From the IMG/VR virus record IMGVR_UViG_3300031853_000029, positions 6,657 to 70,656 of that record: a stretch of DNA of 64,000 nucleotides; one strand, written 5' to 3'. The notes under the pieces are model-generated. The model was not told the DNA's origin. It saw only the letters and a list, made by a program, of their open reading frames with translations, and did no database searches. Source of the DNA: a virus (lineage: Duplodnaviria > Caudoviricetes). Of the stretch, positions 62,103 through 64,000 are shown piece after piece. Position numbers and translations under genes: made by a program. Each line of letters opens with the position of its first letter. Within the stretch, counting starts at the first letter, position 1.

Positions 62103-64000
62103 ATGAGTCAGTTCATAATCAAAGGAATTGATTACACAGATGAAAGCTTGCAGCACGGGCTTGGCAAAGGCAGCGGTAGAGGTCGGCCGGTTGGATCCAA
62201 AAATGGTCAGATTATGCCCGGTGCGGCTTATATGAAAGATTACAAAATCGTTGGGCAGAAGGCTGTTGGCGAACCCGCTGTGCCCGGTGCAACGAATACC
62301 CGCCGTCGGACACAGAGTACACTAAACCGGAGGCAGGCGAGTTCGTCCATCAGGAACCGGTTTTCTGCGCCTAGCAGGACCGGCGGTAGCAGACAGACCA
62401 CGACCGCCGTTCGACCGGCACCTCGGGCGAATGTCGTGACGAATCGGTATACAACACCGACCAAGACAAGCAGTGAACAGACGACGGCCACCGTTCAGCA
62501 GCCGCAGGCAAACACAATTACAAATAGGTTTACAGCTCCAAATAAGGCGGACAGTAATGGTCGGGTATCTACGCCTGCTGAAAATGTTTCTAAAGGTAAG
62601 CGGGCCGTGGAGGCTCTTATGGAAAAGGGCAATGGTCAAAGTCAGACCCAGAAGACGGCCAGTAACGACAACAGCAGAGAGGCCGCGTCTCAGACGAGCC
62701 AGCCCAAACGCAGCAGGGACATGAGCACGGCAGAACTTCGTGCTCTTGACCCCGTCGGTGACTGGCCGTGGAGTGAACGAAGGGTAAAGGCCGCCGGTGG
62801 TCTTGAGGCACGCGAAGGACGTCAGATTGTTTACGATAATCCGACGCTGAGCGACGACTATAAGAAGCAGATCGCCAAAAGATATGGCGACAGTAACGGA
62901 CGGTCATATCCGAAATATCTTGAAGAAGGCGACAATAATTCCACCCAGACAACTAGCAATGAACCCGCGGCTAGCGCCGAGCAGAATAACCGTGAGGCAA
63001 CGAATAGCGTTCTAAATCGTGATGCGAGCACGATGGACAGTTCTCAGACTGCTCCAAGCCAGACTTCCGCACAGAATAACGGCAACGCGATAAACAATGC
63101 ATTGCAGCGGGATGCCCGGCTGATGCCCCGTTCTCAGACTGCGCCGAGTCAGGTTCCAGAAACTTCTGCACAGGATAATGGTAATGTTGCTAATAACAAT
63201 GCGACAGCTGCTCAGGCACAAACCACGGCAGCTCAGGAAACCCCGGAGCAGAAGAGTTTTTGGGATAATGTCGGCGGGTGGTTTTCTCAGGCCGCTAAGG
63301 ATATCGGCGATACTGCTACCGGCGCTTGGAACACTGTCAGCGGCGCAGCCGGAGATGCTGCCAAATGGGTTGGCGATAGACTCGGTCCTGCCGGAGAATG
63401 GGCACAGACGGCGTATAACGATGTCAGCGATTGGGTTGGCGACCGCGCTAAAGATTTGAATAACTGGTGGAATGGTCAGGATGCTTATACGCAGGTTGCT
63501 GATCCGAATAATCCCGGGGTTACCCGCGACATTCAGGGGCATCAGGCAGGCGCACGAGAGCAGATTGGTAACTGGCTTGGATCTGCCGGGCAGTGGATCG
63601 GCGATCGCGCTGCTGACGTAGGCAACGCTGCGAATACGGCCGGTCAGTGGATCGGCGATCGCGCTGCTGACGTTGGTAATGCTGCGAATGCTGCTGGTCA
63701 GTGGATTGGAAATACTACGGGCAACGCTGCGAATACGGCCGGTCAGTGGATCGGCGATCGCGCTGCTGACGTTGGTAATGCTGCGAATGCTGCTGGTCAG
63801 TGGATTGGAAATACTACGGGCAATGCAGGGCAGACGGTTAGTAACGCCGTTAACGATGCCGGTCAGTGGATTGGTAATACAGCGAATAATGCAGGACGTG
63901 ATTTGAACAACTGGTGGAACGGCACCGATCAGTCGGTTCTGGGAATTCCCACTGGTCACACTCCCGGGGCTAGGGAAAATATTGGCAACTGGTTTAATAA
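62103..64000 (+). CDS. Large low-complexity/repeat protein of head module, truncated by window end (not in ORF track)
   Basis: ATG 62103 after AGAGG; reading frame spot-checked as open to 64000; starts MSQFIIKGIDYTDESLQHG; T/S/Q/N-rich; 18-aa QWIGDRAADVGNAANTAG repeats. Confidence 0.75.
   Translation, partial: MSQFIIKGIDYTDESLQHGLGKGSGRGRPVGSKNGQIMPGAAYMKDYKIVGQKAVGEPAVPGATNTRRRTQSTLNRRQASSSIRNRFSAPSRTGGSRQTTTAVRPAPRANVVTNRYTTPTKTSSEQTTATVQQPQANTITNRFTAPNKADSNGRVSTPAENVSKGKRAVEALMEKGNGQSQTQKTASNDNSREAASQTSQPKRSRDMSTAELRALDPVGDWPWSERRVKAAGGLEAREGRQIVYDNPTLSDDYKKQIAKRYGDSNGRSYPKYLEEGDNNSTQTTSNEPAASAEQNNREATNSVLNRDASTMDSSQTAPSQTSAQNNGNAINNALQRDARLMPRSQTAPSQVPETSAQDNGNVANNNATAAQAQTTAAQETPEQKSFWDNVGGWFSQAAKDIGDTATGAWNTVSGAAGDAAKWVGDRLGPAGEWAQTAYNDVSDWVGDRAKDLNNWWNGQDAYTQVADPNNPGVTRDIQGHQAGAREQIGNWLGSAGQWIGDRAADVGNAANTAGQWIGDRAADVGNAANAAGQWIGNTTGNAANTAGQWIGDRAADVGNAANAAGQWIGNTTGNAGQTVSNAVNDAGQWIGNTANNAGRDLNNWWNGTDQSVLGIPTGHTPGARENIGNWFN

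Noticed and set aside
63012-63959. 315-aa minus-strand ORF
   Set aside because: Antisense shadow of the repeat-rich + strand gene starting at 62103; no RBS or plausible product.
1-64000. Stop-codon reassignment (alternative genetic code)
   Set aside because: Genes are long and densely packed under the standard code and end in TAA, TGA and TAG; no suppressor tRNA seen.

Overview
The whole window is one temperate tailed (siphovirus-like) phage genome segment, with essentially every credible gene on the + strand. The host is probably a Gram-positive Bacillota/Clostridia species (inference from the phiLC3-type holin, PG-binding lysins and the tRNA-Cys att core). Order: tape measure and tail genes with an embedded GT2 glycosyltransferase and lysis cassette (1-21.4 kb); tyrosine integrase followed by an intact attP-like core (3' half of tRNA-Cys); about 24 kb of small accessory genes, many built as terminator-motif-gene cassettes; a candidate origin; a single 1306-aa helicase-primase-exonuclease-PolB gene; SSB, SF2 helicase and nucleases; a 972-aa protein with the RNA-polymerase catalytic motif GADFDGD; then the packaging module (TerS-like, HNH, TerL) and a truncated repeat protein at the right edge. 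Main discovery candidate: a self-contained phage transcription system. It comprises a YonO/RdRP-type single-subunit RNA polymerase, 19 copies of a fixed-length 26-bp motif (CGC..GAAA.TAC....TCTTaATGG) in front of accessory genes, structured ncRNAs and attenuator-like leaders, and an L-x-H-x-G N-terminal tag shared by the polymerase and head-module proteins that may be an encapsidation signal. Also noted: two tRNA-mimic RNAs, a strand-biased TTATATT heptamer, and a probable non-canonical ATC start for TerL. All product calls come from motif recognition by eye; no database searches or folding programs were run.
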